Source: a virus (Duplodnaviria; Caudoviricetes). Taken from it: a DNA stretch of 64,000 nt. A program made the translations under genes and the position numbers. Positions within the stretch are counted from its first letter, which is position 1; each line of letters starts with the position of its first letter. Of this stretch, positions 48,030 to 59,900 are shown piece by piece. Location of the stretch: the IMG/VR virus record IMGVR_UViG_3300042975_000096; one strand, given 5' to 3'. The notes under the pieces are model-generated. The model saw only the letters and a program-made list of their open reading frames with translations. It searched no databases and was not told where the DNA came from.

Positions 48030-51000
48030 TTATTTATAATTAACATTTGTTGCAATTAACGGATTGTCCATATATTCCCTTGCAATTTCATCTACTTTTT
48101 TCAAAATATCTCTAAACACCCAATTCTTTTTTACAATTTCTTCTGGATGTTGTGTCAATTCTTCATTTACTCTTTTTTCTATTGATTTCAGGTTTGCCTT
48201 TGCTGTTTCATTTCCTTTTTCAACCGTTCCGCTTTTTATTGCAGTTTGTATTTTTTTATTAGAAGCATCAATTTCTTTTTTTATAGAATCTATAGATTCA
48301 AATTTACTTCCAATATCTACATACATCCCATTAACAATTCTTCCTTGTGCGGTTTTACCGTTAGACACACCCATAGACTCTAACGCTTTATTAAATCTTT
48401 TTGAATTATCTTCAACTTGTTCTGATAATGATTTCGGTTTGAATTTAGATATATCTAATTTTGGTGCTTTAACATTCGGGAATGGGTTGGACGTGCTTCC
48501 ATCTCCACCACCACGACCATCTGCTCCTGTAAGTAAATATTTATTAGGTGTATATCTTGCTGGTCCGCCTAATCCATCACTAGAATAAAAACTGACATCC
48601 AAATGCAAACTATCCTCTACTCCTGCTGCACCTCCATGTTGAGCAATTAATTGTTCCAATAAATCCTCTTCGTCTGCCGACATATCACGTGCAATATCCA
48701 CTTTTGCGCCAGAACCATGGCTTCCAGGATTTGTTCCATTATGGTGATACCAATGTATACCATCAGGTTTTAGTGTCTCTGCACCACCCGTGATTGTTAT
48801 TTTATGACCAGTTTTTTCATAAAATTCTTTTGCAACCGCATTCATTGCTGCTGCAACTTTAGGATTGACGTGAACCAAATCAGTAGCACCAGGTATGCTT
48901 TCTGATTTTTCCATATAAGTCATGTCAAATCCACCCTCGCCATTACCTAAATAATCACCAGAAGCTCCAGGAAGACTTGTATTTCCAGCTGCTTGTATTT
49001 CTTTGACTTTTTCTTCTATCTCTTCACTACCAACTGTGTTCCAATACGACTCATATTCTTTATTGTAATGTTGTTCAGCTTCCCATTCCATAAATTTTTG
49101 AAATTCCCATGATTCTGAACCACCTATTGTTGCAGAATCAAATCTATTACCATTATCACCTTGAAAAGATGCTTTCCATCTTCCCCATTCTCCATTCATA
49201 AAATTATAATACGCTTTATCACCATCATCATCTGAATTAGCCATTTCATGAAATTGATTTGCTCTATCAGTAAACCAACTTTCATCATTAGTATGATAAT
49301 AATAATTCGCAATATCACCAAATAATCTACTTGCATTACCTGACAAATCTCCTGAACGTCTTTGATACCAACTTCCTTTCGTTTTATCATCAGCTTTCCA
49401 TTGCTCTTGAACTTCGCCAAATATTGTATATTTAGAAGTATCATCTAAAGTCATTGTTCCATCTGCTGCTTTTACTAATTTTGCATTTGATAAATCTTTA
49501 CCATTAGTTGTTCTTAAATTAGCACAAGCATTTCTAATATTAGCTAATGATTGCGCTGCTGCATTTAATGCTTGCGCCATATCGCCATAAATGCCCATGA
49601 ATTCTATAACTTTATCTTCCCAAATCTTCTTTTCATATTCACTAAGTTCGCCCATATTCACTCCATGCGTAGCCAAACTGGTTTGAACATAACGTTTAAA
49701 ATCAGAATTAGACAACCCCAAATATGATGCTAGATTTTCCATTATTTCTTGTTGTTTTTCGATTTCCACGTCCGACATATTCCCTTTAATAATTTTTGCC
49801 TGTCGTGCTAACGATTCATCATCTTCGGTATTACCAAAAAACTTATTAATTCCTATATTTGCTCCGGTCATTGCTAAAGAACTACCAATAAACGGTATAG
49901 CAGAACGTAATCCTTTTGCTATTAACCCTCCACCAGGAACTCTACTCATAAGACCTGTCAATACCACGTCTGCTAGTGTACCTGCACCTGCTTCAGCAAC
50001 ATCTGTTCCAATTCTCCTGCCCCAACTTTGATTGGGGTCTCCAAACAACATATCTTGTCCAACAGCAAGTGCTAAATTACCGCCAAAACCTTTTATATGA
50101 TTTTTAATTTGCTGGCGTTTTGACATTTTTTTGTACTTTTCAAATTCAGCATCATATCTCTTTAAATCTTCTTTAAATTTATTCTCACTGTTATGGTATT
50201 TTTCAACTTCTCTTTCATATTGTTTTTTACTTGTTTCAAATTCCTTATTCGCTTGAACCAATTTATCATAAGCAGCTTTTTGCTTTCTATATTTTGAGCT
50301 GCTTTTTGCATTTTTCTTTGATGGCGCATTTCCTGGAGATGGTGGTTTTTGTTTATCAAAAATAGGTTTTTTTTCATTAAAAACAGGTTTTGTAGGCACG
50401 GACAATGATTTTGATTTACAAAAATGTTTATAAATTTTATATAGTCCCATAGGTAATCCTAACATTGTTGCGCATATAAAAATTTTATCTTCCAAAGAAG
50501 CATTATTTCTATCTTGAGGTGAACTTGTTACAATTTGCACCTTTGCTTTTCCTGTTTCAAACAAATATGAAATTTTACCCCACCATAAATTATCATTATT
50601 TTTATTTTCTTCTTCTCCAGGAGCTACTTGTGGTGAAGCAAATGCCGTTGATGCACCAACAACTCCCATTGCTAATGCTGATAAACCTATTACGCCAACG
50701 CTTTTTGCGCCACCTGCAATAGAAGAAGGATGTCTAATTGTATTAGCTGAACTTTTTAACACATAGCCTAATCCTTTTTTTGCTGCCACTCCTGCCATAA
50801 CAACACCTGCTGTTGTTTTTATTGGGTCTTCTGCAAATGTATTTAGTATTGATTTGCCAAATGGCGAATTCAAAAATCCACCAATCATTTTAATAACTTC
50901 AACCATAGATTTTGCATATTTATCTATTTTTAATCCCAACCATTTAGCAAAATGATTTAGTTGGCTTCCTAATTGAGTATCTAAAATGTTAGCAATACTA

Positions 51001-53894
51001 TTCATATGCTTTTTATATTCAGCTTTTATTTTTTGCGATTCAGCTAATTGATTCGATGCCTGTGCCAATTGTTGCAACATATCCTGTGTCATTGTTACTG
51101 GCGCCATTGGGTCATTTTGCTCATCAAAACCTTTTAACTTTTCTTTTATCTCGCCATATTTACCTTGTTGTGCTAAATTTGTCAATACAGACGATTGCTT
51201 TTGAGTGTAACCTTGTCGCATTAATCTATCTTGTAAATCCAACGCTCCTTCTGGAGTGTTTGCTCCACCCCATCTATCACCGAAAAACGATGATTCTTTA
51301 AACAATCTATCAACCATAGTATCATAATGAGAATCCATTGGTTTTCCATTCTCATCATGACTAAGCAAACCTTTGTTTACCATAGTGAACGGGTCATCTT
51401 TTTCTCCGTTCATGATTCCCCAAAATATGCTTCGACCCCAATCATGACTCATTTTGCTTTTTGCACTAGCCGTTTCAGATACCATTTGTGAAGCGTCTTC
51501 AACCCTAAGACCATTATACCCTGTTATTGACTCAACTGCATGAGCAACTTTTGGTGCACTTACCCCTAAATCTCTTAATGAGCTAGACAATTGATTTACT
51601 GTAGCAAACATTTTTTCCATGGGTACATTTGATTGTCTTGCTGAACCTTCCAATTTTCTAAATTCTTCAACCGTATCAGATACAGACATCCCCATATCTT
51701 TATAAAAGTTTTTAATAAATCCTTGTGTTGCTTCATCAGGTAAATCATATAAAAGTTTATCAGGTAACAATTGCTCTGTGAATTGTCGCATATCTTCTCT
51801 GTTTTGACTAGGAGAAGAATTATATTGTCCACCAACATTTTTTACTAAACTAGAATAAAAATTTGCAGGAGCATCAAACCCAGCTTGTCCATAAGTTAAC
51901 CCAAAAAATGATTGACCCATGCCATAAGAAATTGCATTGTTTCTCGAATGACTAGGATTTAACCCCATTGAAGCATCTGACATAGAAAGTTGATAATTCA
52001 TTTTACCGTTTGCTTTATATCGGTCTAATATTGTTTCTAATGCATGTAATGGGCTAAATAAAGCTCCTATACCTAATGCACTTAATCCACCTGCTAATAT
52101 ACCTACAACTAAATTTTTAGCTTTACCCATTGCTCTAAATACAGTGGCTAAATTTTCAAAAGGCTTTTTTAAATTATCTACTTTTTCAACCTCTTGTTTC
52201 AATGCTTTTTGTCTTTCTTTTAATGCCTTATAAACTTCATCATGCTTTCCTATTTCTTCAAACGCAACAACAATCTTGTTTACAAAATCTAATGATTGTT
52301 TTGCAGATACTTTCATTGATTCAAAATCTGCACTATCTTCTTGATTCATTCCTGCATATTGAATCCATGAAATATTTAAATTATTTAATAATCCAACTTG
52401 TTTATCTGCTACTTGTATTCCTATTTGTCCTGCATGTTCTAAATTTCCACTAACACCTGCATCAAAAACGCTTTCATTTCCATCTTGATATGTAGCAACA
52501 CTTTTTGACACTTGTTCTAATTGTCTATTTCCCAAAGAAATCGTTCTTGATAGTTCTCGATTATGATTGGCAAAATTAGAACCGCCAAATACAGAAAATT
52601 TATCCATATTTAACCGATTCGTTAAATTAAAATACACGGAATCATTTAAATTGGGCGAACCGACACTGTTTGCTCTACGTATATCATACGCTGCTACATA
52701 ATTATTAGAAGCTGAATTATTTGTAGTTATTTTTTGTTTCAATTCTGATGCCGATTTTTGCAATTTTTTTAAATAAATTGTTCGCTCTAATTTTTGAAAA
52801 TCGTCAAATATTGGTTTAATACTGACTGTTGAAAAATTTAATTGCGAAATTAAATCCCCAATATTATTGTTGTTTCCCTCTTTGTTCAATATAGAATCTA
52901 ATATTGTTGATGTTTTTTCACTTAATGACATGTAATCTTTAATTGAATGAACTACTTTTTGAGAATCATCTTCTGAAATACCATCTGCATCAAGAATATC
53001 CTTTAATTGAACAACAACCTGCATTAAATTTTCATTCATTCCACTAAGAGAGTTTACCGTTTTATTTAAATCTGTTCCTTTTGCGCTTGCTAATTGTTTC
53101 TTTGTATCATTAATAGCAGATAGCAACGTTGAATTATTTGATTCTAATTGACTTATTTTTTCCAACACACCATCATCAATTACTTCCAAGTCATCTATGA
53201 TTTGTGTGCCGTTTTCCGATATGCGTTGCATTTGTTCAAGTTGAGACCGCAAAGAATCACTTAATTGACTGGTTAGCATATTATTATTCGTTATATCAAC
53301 ATTTCCACTTGATAATGCTTTTATTGCCTTTGGTATTAATTCAGAACCAAATGCATCACCAAAATTTTTAACCAAGCCATCTTTTAATTTTATATCAACA
53401 TCATTAATTATATTACCAATAGAATCTACATGATTTACAATGTTGTTAATAATTGTTCTGTCACACGCTAAATCTTGCATACTAGTGCTTAATTTAGCTA
53501 ATTGTCTTTTTACTTTTTCATCATCTGTTAATGATATTTGACTTTGAACAACCTCTGATAATTGATGTAAATCTCCTAAAGAACTTAATGACATGATTAT
53601 TTTATCATTTATTTGTTTTTGAGATTTTGTATAATTGTTGACGAAATCATCTAACTTTATTGATTGTATATTATTAAATGCTTCTAATACATTGTCTAAA
53701 TATTGTTTGCACAATATAATTGTATCCGTCATTTCCTTAGAAAAATCTTCAGTAGAAGCGGAAAATAAATTTAGCATAGATTGCACGTCATTAACATTTT
53801 TGACCATCTTATTTATTTGTCGTTGTTCTTGTTCATAATCAAGTGTTGTTTGTGTTTCTACCAAACTTGAACCCACTTCAACCGAGTTTTTCAT
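48030..53894 (-). CDS. Tape-measure-like protein 2 with C-terminal M15-like Zn peptidase domain
   Basis: 1954 aa, paralogous core; ITITGG...SHGSGAKVDI...HLDVS at ~48590-48900. Confidence 0.78.
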   Translation of the reverse strand: MKNSVEVGSSLVETQTTLDYEQEQRQINKMVKNVNDVQSMLNLFSASTEDFSKEMTDTIILCKQYLDNVLEAFNNIQSIKLDDFVNNYTKSQKQINDKIIMSLSSLGDLHQLSEVVQSQISLTDDEKVKRQLAKLSTSMQDLACDRTIINNIVNHVDSIGNIINDVDIKLKDGLVKNFGDAFGSELIPKAIKALSSGNVDITNNNMLTSQLSDSLRSQLEQMQRISENGTQIIDDLEVIDDGVLEKISQLESNNSTLLSAINDTKKQLASAKGTDLNKTVNSLSGMNENLMQVVVQLKDILDADGISEDDSQKVVHSIKDYMSLSEKTSTILDSILNKEGNNNNIGDLISQLNFSTVSIKPIFDDFQKLERTIYLKKLQKSASELKQKITTNNSASNNYVAAYDIRRANSVGSPNLNDSVYFNLTNRLNMDKFSVFGGSNFANHNRELSRTISLGNRQLEQVSKSVATYQDGNESVFDAGVSGNLEHAGQIGIQVADKQVGLLNNLNISWIQYAGMNQEDSADFESMKVSAKQSLDFVNKIVVAFEEIGKHDEVYKALKERQKALKQEVEKVDNLKKPFENLATVFRAMGKAKNLVVGILAGGLSALGIGALFSPLHALETILDRYKANGKMNYQLSMSDASMGLNPSHSRNNAISYGMGQSFFGLTYGQAGFDAPANFYSSLVKNVGGQYNSSPSQNREDMRQFTEQLLPDKLLYDLPDEATQGFIKNFYKDMGMSVSDTVEEFRKLEGSARQSNVPMEKMFATVNQLSSSLRDLGVSAPKVAHAVESITGYNGLRVEDASQMVSETASAKSKMSHDWGRSIFWGIMNGEKDDPFTMVNKGLLSHDENGKPMDSHYDTMVDRLFKESSFFGDRWGGANTPEGALDLQDRLMRQGYTQKQSSVLTNLAQQGKYGEIKEKLKGFDEQNDPMAPVTMTQDMLQQLAQASNQLAESQKIKAEYKKHMNSIANILDTQLGSQLNHFAKWLGLKIDKYAKSMVEVIKMIGGFLNSPFGKSILNTFAEDPIKTTAGVVMAGVAAKKGLGYVLKSSANTIRHPSSIAGGAKSVGVIGLSALAMGVVGASTAFASPQVAPGEEENKNNDNLWWGKISYLFETGKAKVQIVTSSPQDRNNASLEDKIFICATMLGLPMGLYKIYKHFCKSKSLSVPTKPVFNEKKPIFDKQKPPSPGNAPSKKNAKSSSKYRKQKAAYDKLVQANKEFETSKKQYEREVEKYHNSENKFKEDLKRYDAEFEKYKKMSKRQQIKNHIKGFGGNLALAVGQDMLFGDPNQSWGRRIGTDVAEAGAGTLADVVLTGLMSRVPGGGLIAKGLRSAIPFIGSSLAMTGANIGINKFFGNTEDDESLARQAKIIKGNMSDVEIEKQQEIMENLASYLGLSNSDFKRYVQTSLATHGVNMGELSEYEKKIWEDKVIEFMGIYGDMAQALNAAAQSLANIRNACANLRTTNGKDLSNAKLVKAADGTMTLDDTSKYTIFGEVQEQWKADDKTKGSWYQRRSGDLSGNASRLFGDIANYYYHTNDESWFTDRANQFHEMANSDDDGDKAYYNFMNGEWGRWKASFQGDNGNRFDSATIGGSESWEFQKFMEWEAEQHYNKEYESYWNTVGSEEIEEKVKEIQAAGNTSLPGASGDYLGNGEGGFDMTYMEKSESIPGATDLVHVNPKVAAAMNAVAKEFYEKTGHKITITGGAETLKPDGIHWYHHNGTNPGSHGSGAKVDIARDMSADEEDLLEQLIAQHGGAAGVEDSLHLDVSFYSSDGLGGPARYTPNKYLLTGADGRGGGDGSTSNPFPNVKAPKLDISKFKPKSLSEQVEDNSKRFNKALESMGVSNGKTAQGRIVNGMYVDIGSKFESIDSIKKEIDASNKKIQTAIKSGTVEKGNETAKANLKSIEKRVNEELTQHPEEIVKKNWVFRDILKKVDEIAREYMDNPLIATNVNYK

Positions 53895-53914
53895 TTACAA
53901 ACCCTCCATATATT

Positions 53915-56900
53915 TTATCTATTTGCAAGCTGTGAATTAATTGCAAGTATTGCACTTATCACATCTTTTGAAGTCTTTTGTGTCGCAGCTTTTACAGAAT
54001 TAACCTGTTTATTAATATCTTCTAATTGTTTCTTTACTTTATCTCCACTATTATCAACAGCAGTTATTTCAATTTTAACCTTTTCTTGATTTTCAGCCTT
54101 ATTTTCTTCTGTGGCTTTATCTTGTGCTTCTTGAATCTTGCGCTGATTTTCCTTATATGCTGCATTATTTTGATTATTAATTGCATCTTTTTCTGCTTGC
54201 GCCTTATCGTTTGCAGCTAACAATGTTTGGTCTGCGTTTTTATATGCATGATATGTAGGTGGTTTTGGTTCATATTTTGCATCAAGAACTTTATTCATTT
54301 CAAGCGGACCAGTACTTGCCTTTCCATCTTTATTTAATGCAACCTTACCATCACCCGTAAATGCACCGTTTAATCCATATCCATATCTATCAAAATCTTT
54401 TTCTCCAGAATTCATACGGAAATTTTTACGAACACCTGCTAATGTTAAACTTTTTCCATTAGCTGATAATGCAGTTGTTCCATCAATAATTAACTGACCT
54501 GTTGCCACTTTATCTTTTAACAATTCTGCATTACTTAATCCACCACCCATTTTACCAAGTTGTGTTAATAATGCATCTCTACCTTTCATTGCATTATTCA
54601 ATGCTTCTTCAGGCGTTTGCGCCGTATTACTCCCAACACCATCTCCTGCACCTGGAGTATAATTATCAGGCACATCTCCACTAGCTCCAACTTTAGATGC
54701 ATCACCATATGCTAACCATCCTGATGGGTCAAAATCCTCTTTTACAACTCCATAATCTTTACCTTTTGCATGAATAACCTTACCATTACCTGCATAAATA
54801 GCACTATGACCAACACCATTATCTCCGGGATAAGAACCTTTACTAAACAATATATCTCCAGGTTTAATATTGGAAAAATTAGTTGATAATGCTCCGGCGT
54901 TTTTCATTTGGTCATATTGGTCATCTGCCTGTCTAACCAAAGATACACCACCAGCAGCATATGAAGCTTGAGTTAATCCACTACAATCATAAGCATTTGG
55001 TCCAGTTCCTCCGAGAAGATATTCTTTTCCGATTGCTGATGTTGCAAAATCTACAATTTTTTGTCTTTGATTTTCTTTATTATTTGTAGGTGGTGGGGTT
55101 GCATTATATTTTTTACGTATAGCTTCTGCATCATCTGTTTTACCATTTCCTGAACCATCGCCAGTTTCATTTGCTTTATTTTGCAATGCTCGCGCTGTTG
55201 CCCATTTTTTTCTATCTTCTAATCCTAATCCATATTGTTTTCCCCAGTCACCATCAATTGCTTCAGAAGAAAATTTAGCGAAATCTTTTGCCCTATTATC
55301 ATCACGTAAATGTTGGAATGCCGTGCCTGAATCGCCATATTCAGACACATATTTGGTTCCTCGTTCCCTGTCATATTCCTGCAACATTTGATATTCGTCT
55401 CTACCTAAATTTCTTTGACTTAATGGTATATCTTCATTATTTCTTTGTCGATATTGCTCATCATAAACCATAAATCTATCTGAAATTGGGCTACCATCTT
55501 TAAAATTATCACCCTGTTCATCATCATAAACATGATTCCAATAATAACTACCATTTTGTGCAGTATTATAAATAATTGGGGCATGTTCATTATCAGAATC
55601 ACCGTATTCAGTCATTACATAATCTAAATATTGTGCGTGTGTATCACCATCATTTTCAGCAGCATATGTACCATCATTTTTAGCTTTATCTGTTGCTGCT
55701 GAAGTCTGCTGACCTGCCAAGAAACTTGCAACCAAATCACTCAATCCCATGGATTTCAACTGATTAAAGATATTATCCATGTATTGTTGTTGGTCTTTAG
55801 TTAATCCATCTAACTTCATTCCATGCTCACGCAATGCTCTATCTGCCGATTTAGCTCTATCATCATTAGAATTTACTAAACTATTTGAATTTTGTGTATA
55901 TTTTTCTTTTGCACCATCAACTGTTTGCGTATATCTATCATGTTCTCGTTTAATACCATCATCATCAGATATACCAAACATTTTTTTTGCTTGATTTGCT
56001 AACCATTGACCTCCAGCAGAACCCGCTGCTCCACCTAATACTGTTCCTGCTGGTCCAACTGCGGAACCAGCAGCAGCGCCTAACAAGCCACCACCAACAG
56101 TTCCAATCATATCTAATGCGCCACGAGCAAATCTTTCGCCACCAGTAAATCTATCAGGATGTTGATAATAATCATATATCTCTGAACCTGCCGAAATCAA
56201 TCCTCCAACCGCAGGTGCACCGTATCTAAGCATTTTACTACTGTTTTTACCAAAAGTAGATAAATCACCTAACATTCTTGATTCTTGATTCTGTTGTGCT
56301 TTACTATTTTCTCTATTGCTACGATTAGCATAATTAGCACCAACCGTTGCCAATCCAAATGCACTTGCAGTTGCAACCAAACCATTATCAGACATAAAGC
56401 CACTTTTTTTACCATCACTGTCTTTATCTCCAGGCAAATCTATTGTTGGTGAGTTAATCTTATTTATGATTTGTTGTTCTAAAATGCTATTGTTTTTATC
56501 TACATCACCTGTATTCGGAATATCCGCATTCGGAGAACCATTGTCAGGTGGAGTTTGGTCATCATCACCACCACGATTACCCCCATAACTAGTATGAGAA
56601 TCATCAGCCCAATCTTTATCTTGTTTATCAAACTCACTAGGTTTATTATCTTTCTGACGTTTTTCCCATTCATTCATAAACCCTGAATAATTACTCATAT
56701 ATTGAGATGATGCTTGTTCACCATTTACAGTTTGAGTTTTTGCAGTACCACTAGAAAACATTTGATATAGCTTATATGCACCATAGGCAACACCGCCCAT
56801 AGCTGCCATTCCCAATGTTAATGGCAATGCTTTTCCTAAAAACCCTGCCGCTGCTCCAACTCTACCTTTACCACCAGATGGTAAATGCGTTGCTGCGTTA

Positions 56901-59900
56901 GAAGCTGTGTCTTTAATAAAAGCACCTGCTCTATTTTTTGCAAATCTAGCTGCCATCGGCAATCCAATTGCTGTTGCACCAACAACTCCAGCCGTTAAAA
57001 ACGGATGGTCTCCTATCGTACTTGTTACTGTTTGACCAGCTTTTGAATTAAGAAAATCATCTAATCCTTTAGCAAATTCACCAATTTTAGTGACAATTGT
57101 ATCCAATGCGTTAGCAAATCCTTCACGGAATATGCTAAGTGGGCCAGTTAAATAATCATTAATTGCTTCCCCAACATGTTTTTCTGCCATAGTTACATCA
57201 GCTTCAATTTTTTGTGTAGCTGCTAACTGCTTGGATGCTTCTGCAATTTTTTGTTTGGCATCAACCATAGCTTCTGCTAATTGTTGTTTACCACCATCTT
57301 TATGTGCATCTGCTTTTGATAACAAATCTGCAACTAAGCCAGTATGACCTTTTTGTGCAGCATCAGCAATCATGGAACTATCTTTGTCGGTATAACCTCT
57401 TTGTCTTAAACTCTCAATAAACATTGAAAGTCCGGCACCATTATTTAATCCACCTCCAATAGAACCCTTAAACATAGCTTCTTGCATAACACGTTGTGCC
57501 ATAACCTGATAATAATCACCACGTGGAGCACCTTTTTCATCATGAGACATTAATCCTTGACTTATTAACGAAATTGGGTCTCCACCTTGACCAGCCATCA
57601 TACCAAAAAACGCACTACTGTTATAGTCCTTTGCCATGTTAGTGTTAGCTCTTGCTTGACTTTGAACTAAGCTCTGAGCATCTTCTACACGCAATCCTCT
57701 ACCTACCAAAGCGTTCATTGAACTCAATACTTGTCTACCGTCAACTCCGCTTTCACGCAAGCTATTTGCCATTCCTGTAACTGTTTGTACATATTTTTCA
57801 ACAGGAATACCAGCAGAATTTGCAGTTTGTGCTAAACTAACTAATGTATATGAAGCTTCATTAGCAGACATTCCCAAATCCTTATAGAATGTCTTCATCA
57901 TATTAGCCACTGTAGAGCTAGAAATATCATAAACTTTACTTATTGCAAAAGTGTTTTTTGCAATAATGTCCATATCAGCGGCCGCCATGTTTGGAGATGA
58001 ACCATAATGTCCACCGACACCATGAGCCATAGCATCTCTATATTTCATCGGTTCATCAAAACCAATCATGCCAGAAGTCATGGAATAATATTCGTCTCCA
58101 AGCGTTCTTGAAAACTCTTTCATTCTTGCAGGATTAAAGTCCGCACCCATATAAGCATCGCTTTTTGCCATGTTATATCTGCGCTTACCCTCATCTTCTT
58201 CTAACCCCACACCTTTTTCAATAAAGCTAATCGGATTTAATAATGCGCCTAATCCCAATAAACCAAGTCCACCTGCAAGCAAGTTCTTGAATTTTTTAAC
58301 GCCACTCCAAATATCAGAAAAAATTGTTGCTAAATTACTAGATTTATCTTTTACTGAATCTACCTGATTTTTAATATCACTTAAAGCTTCACTTTGTGCT
58401 CGTAATTTCCCTAAAGTTTCATCATTTGGGTCAATTTCTTCCACGGCTCTTATTGTAGCATTAACATTTTTTAATGCTTCTTCTACAGATTTACCAAATC
58501 CATCCAATATTTTTTTATCATCAGGAGATAAACTTTTTCCACCGCCACTTTTCAAGTTCATTCCACTTGCAGTATTAATTACCGCATCAGCATTTGCGCT
58601 TGAAATTGTAGACATTCCACCCATAGCTGTTTGCATAGCTTCTCTATCTTGTGCATTTTTTGCGCGTTCCAGGTCTTGTGTCCATTTAGGCATTTGCATT
58701 TGTGAAAGAACACCTGTTCTTTTAGCAGTCTGAAGATTTTTTCCCAAATCAGATTCATTACCAAGTAAATTTCCCGTTTTAACATATTTATAAAACAATC
58801 CACCTGTTTTGCCATTTTTCGCACCTAATGCTTCTAAAGCATTGTTAGTTCCATCTATTCCACTAGCAACACCAGAAGCCAAAGTTCCATAATTTCTAGA
58901 AGCAATATCTAAATCCACTTTTTTTCTAGTTGCATTTTCAGGGTCAGGATTATTTATATTTTCGAATTCAGCCATATCTTGTTTTATTTCTTCTGAAATA
59001 GAGCTAGATATAATTGAATTTATTTCCTTTTTTGCATTCTCAACATTTTCCTGAAACATTTTTAACCCATCGGTTAAAATTTCAATTTGTTTTTGATATG
59101 CACTACTTTGTGAAGAATCTCCACCTTCTTGCCTTGAATGCCAATCTAATACTCGTATTTGACCTTCAATCATTTGTTTTGAATTATCTATAAAATCCAA
59201 CAAATGATTTGAAGCTGAACGTTTAACATCAGAGCTATTATTAGTCTTGATTTCGTTCAACATACTAGTCATTGAACCAATCAAAGTATTACTAGTATTT
59301 TGAGTTAAATTTGCTTGCTGTTCATTTGTCAAGCCACCGTTCTTAATAGCCTGTGTTGTTTGGTCTGCAACATTTGAAATCTGTTTCAAAATGTCCATAC
59401 CTGCAACAGTGGTAATGGAATTCATAACAGAGTCAATAAATTCTTTACTGTTTGCATTCATCTGATTAACTTTAGACATGTGTTCAAACAGTGTATTAAT
59501 TGTTTCAGATTGGTCTTTTAATTGTTGTGCTTGATTCTGAAAAACTTCCTGTGCTTGTGCACCTGCTTGTTCAGCAGATTGACTTGCAGAATCAGCTTCA
59601 TGTCCAAATTGACTTGCTGAGCTCTGTGCTTCCTTCATTGCATTATTAAAAGAATTAGCTTTAGTTGAATTTTCACTCATTTTTTCACTAATTTTAGACA
59701 ATATATCATTTACTTGTGCAAATCCAGAATCAACGTCTCCAATAATTGACTTTATTGAATCACTAGAGCTAGAACTTAATCCCTGTCTAATTCCTTCATC
59801 AATTGCATCAGCAATTTCACTTGAATTGACATTGTTTTTGATATTATCAAAAACACTTTTTAATTCAGCAATCTTACTTTCAACATTACTTGTCTGCAAC

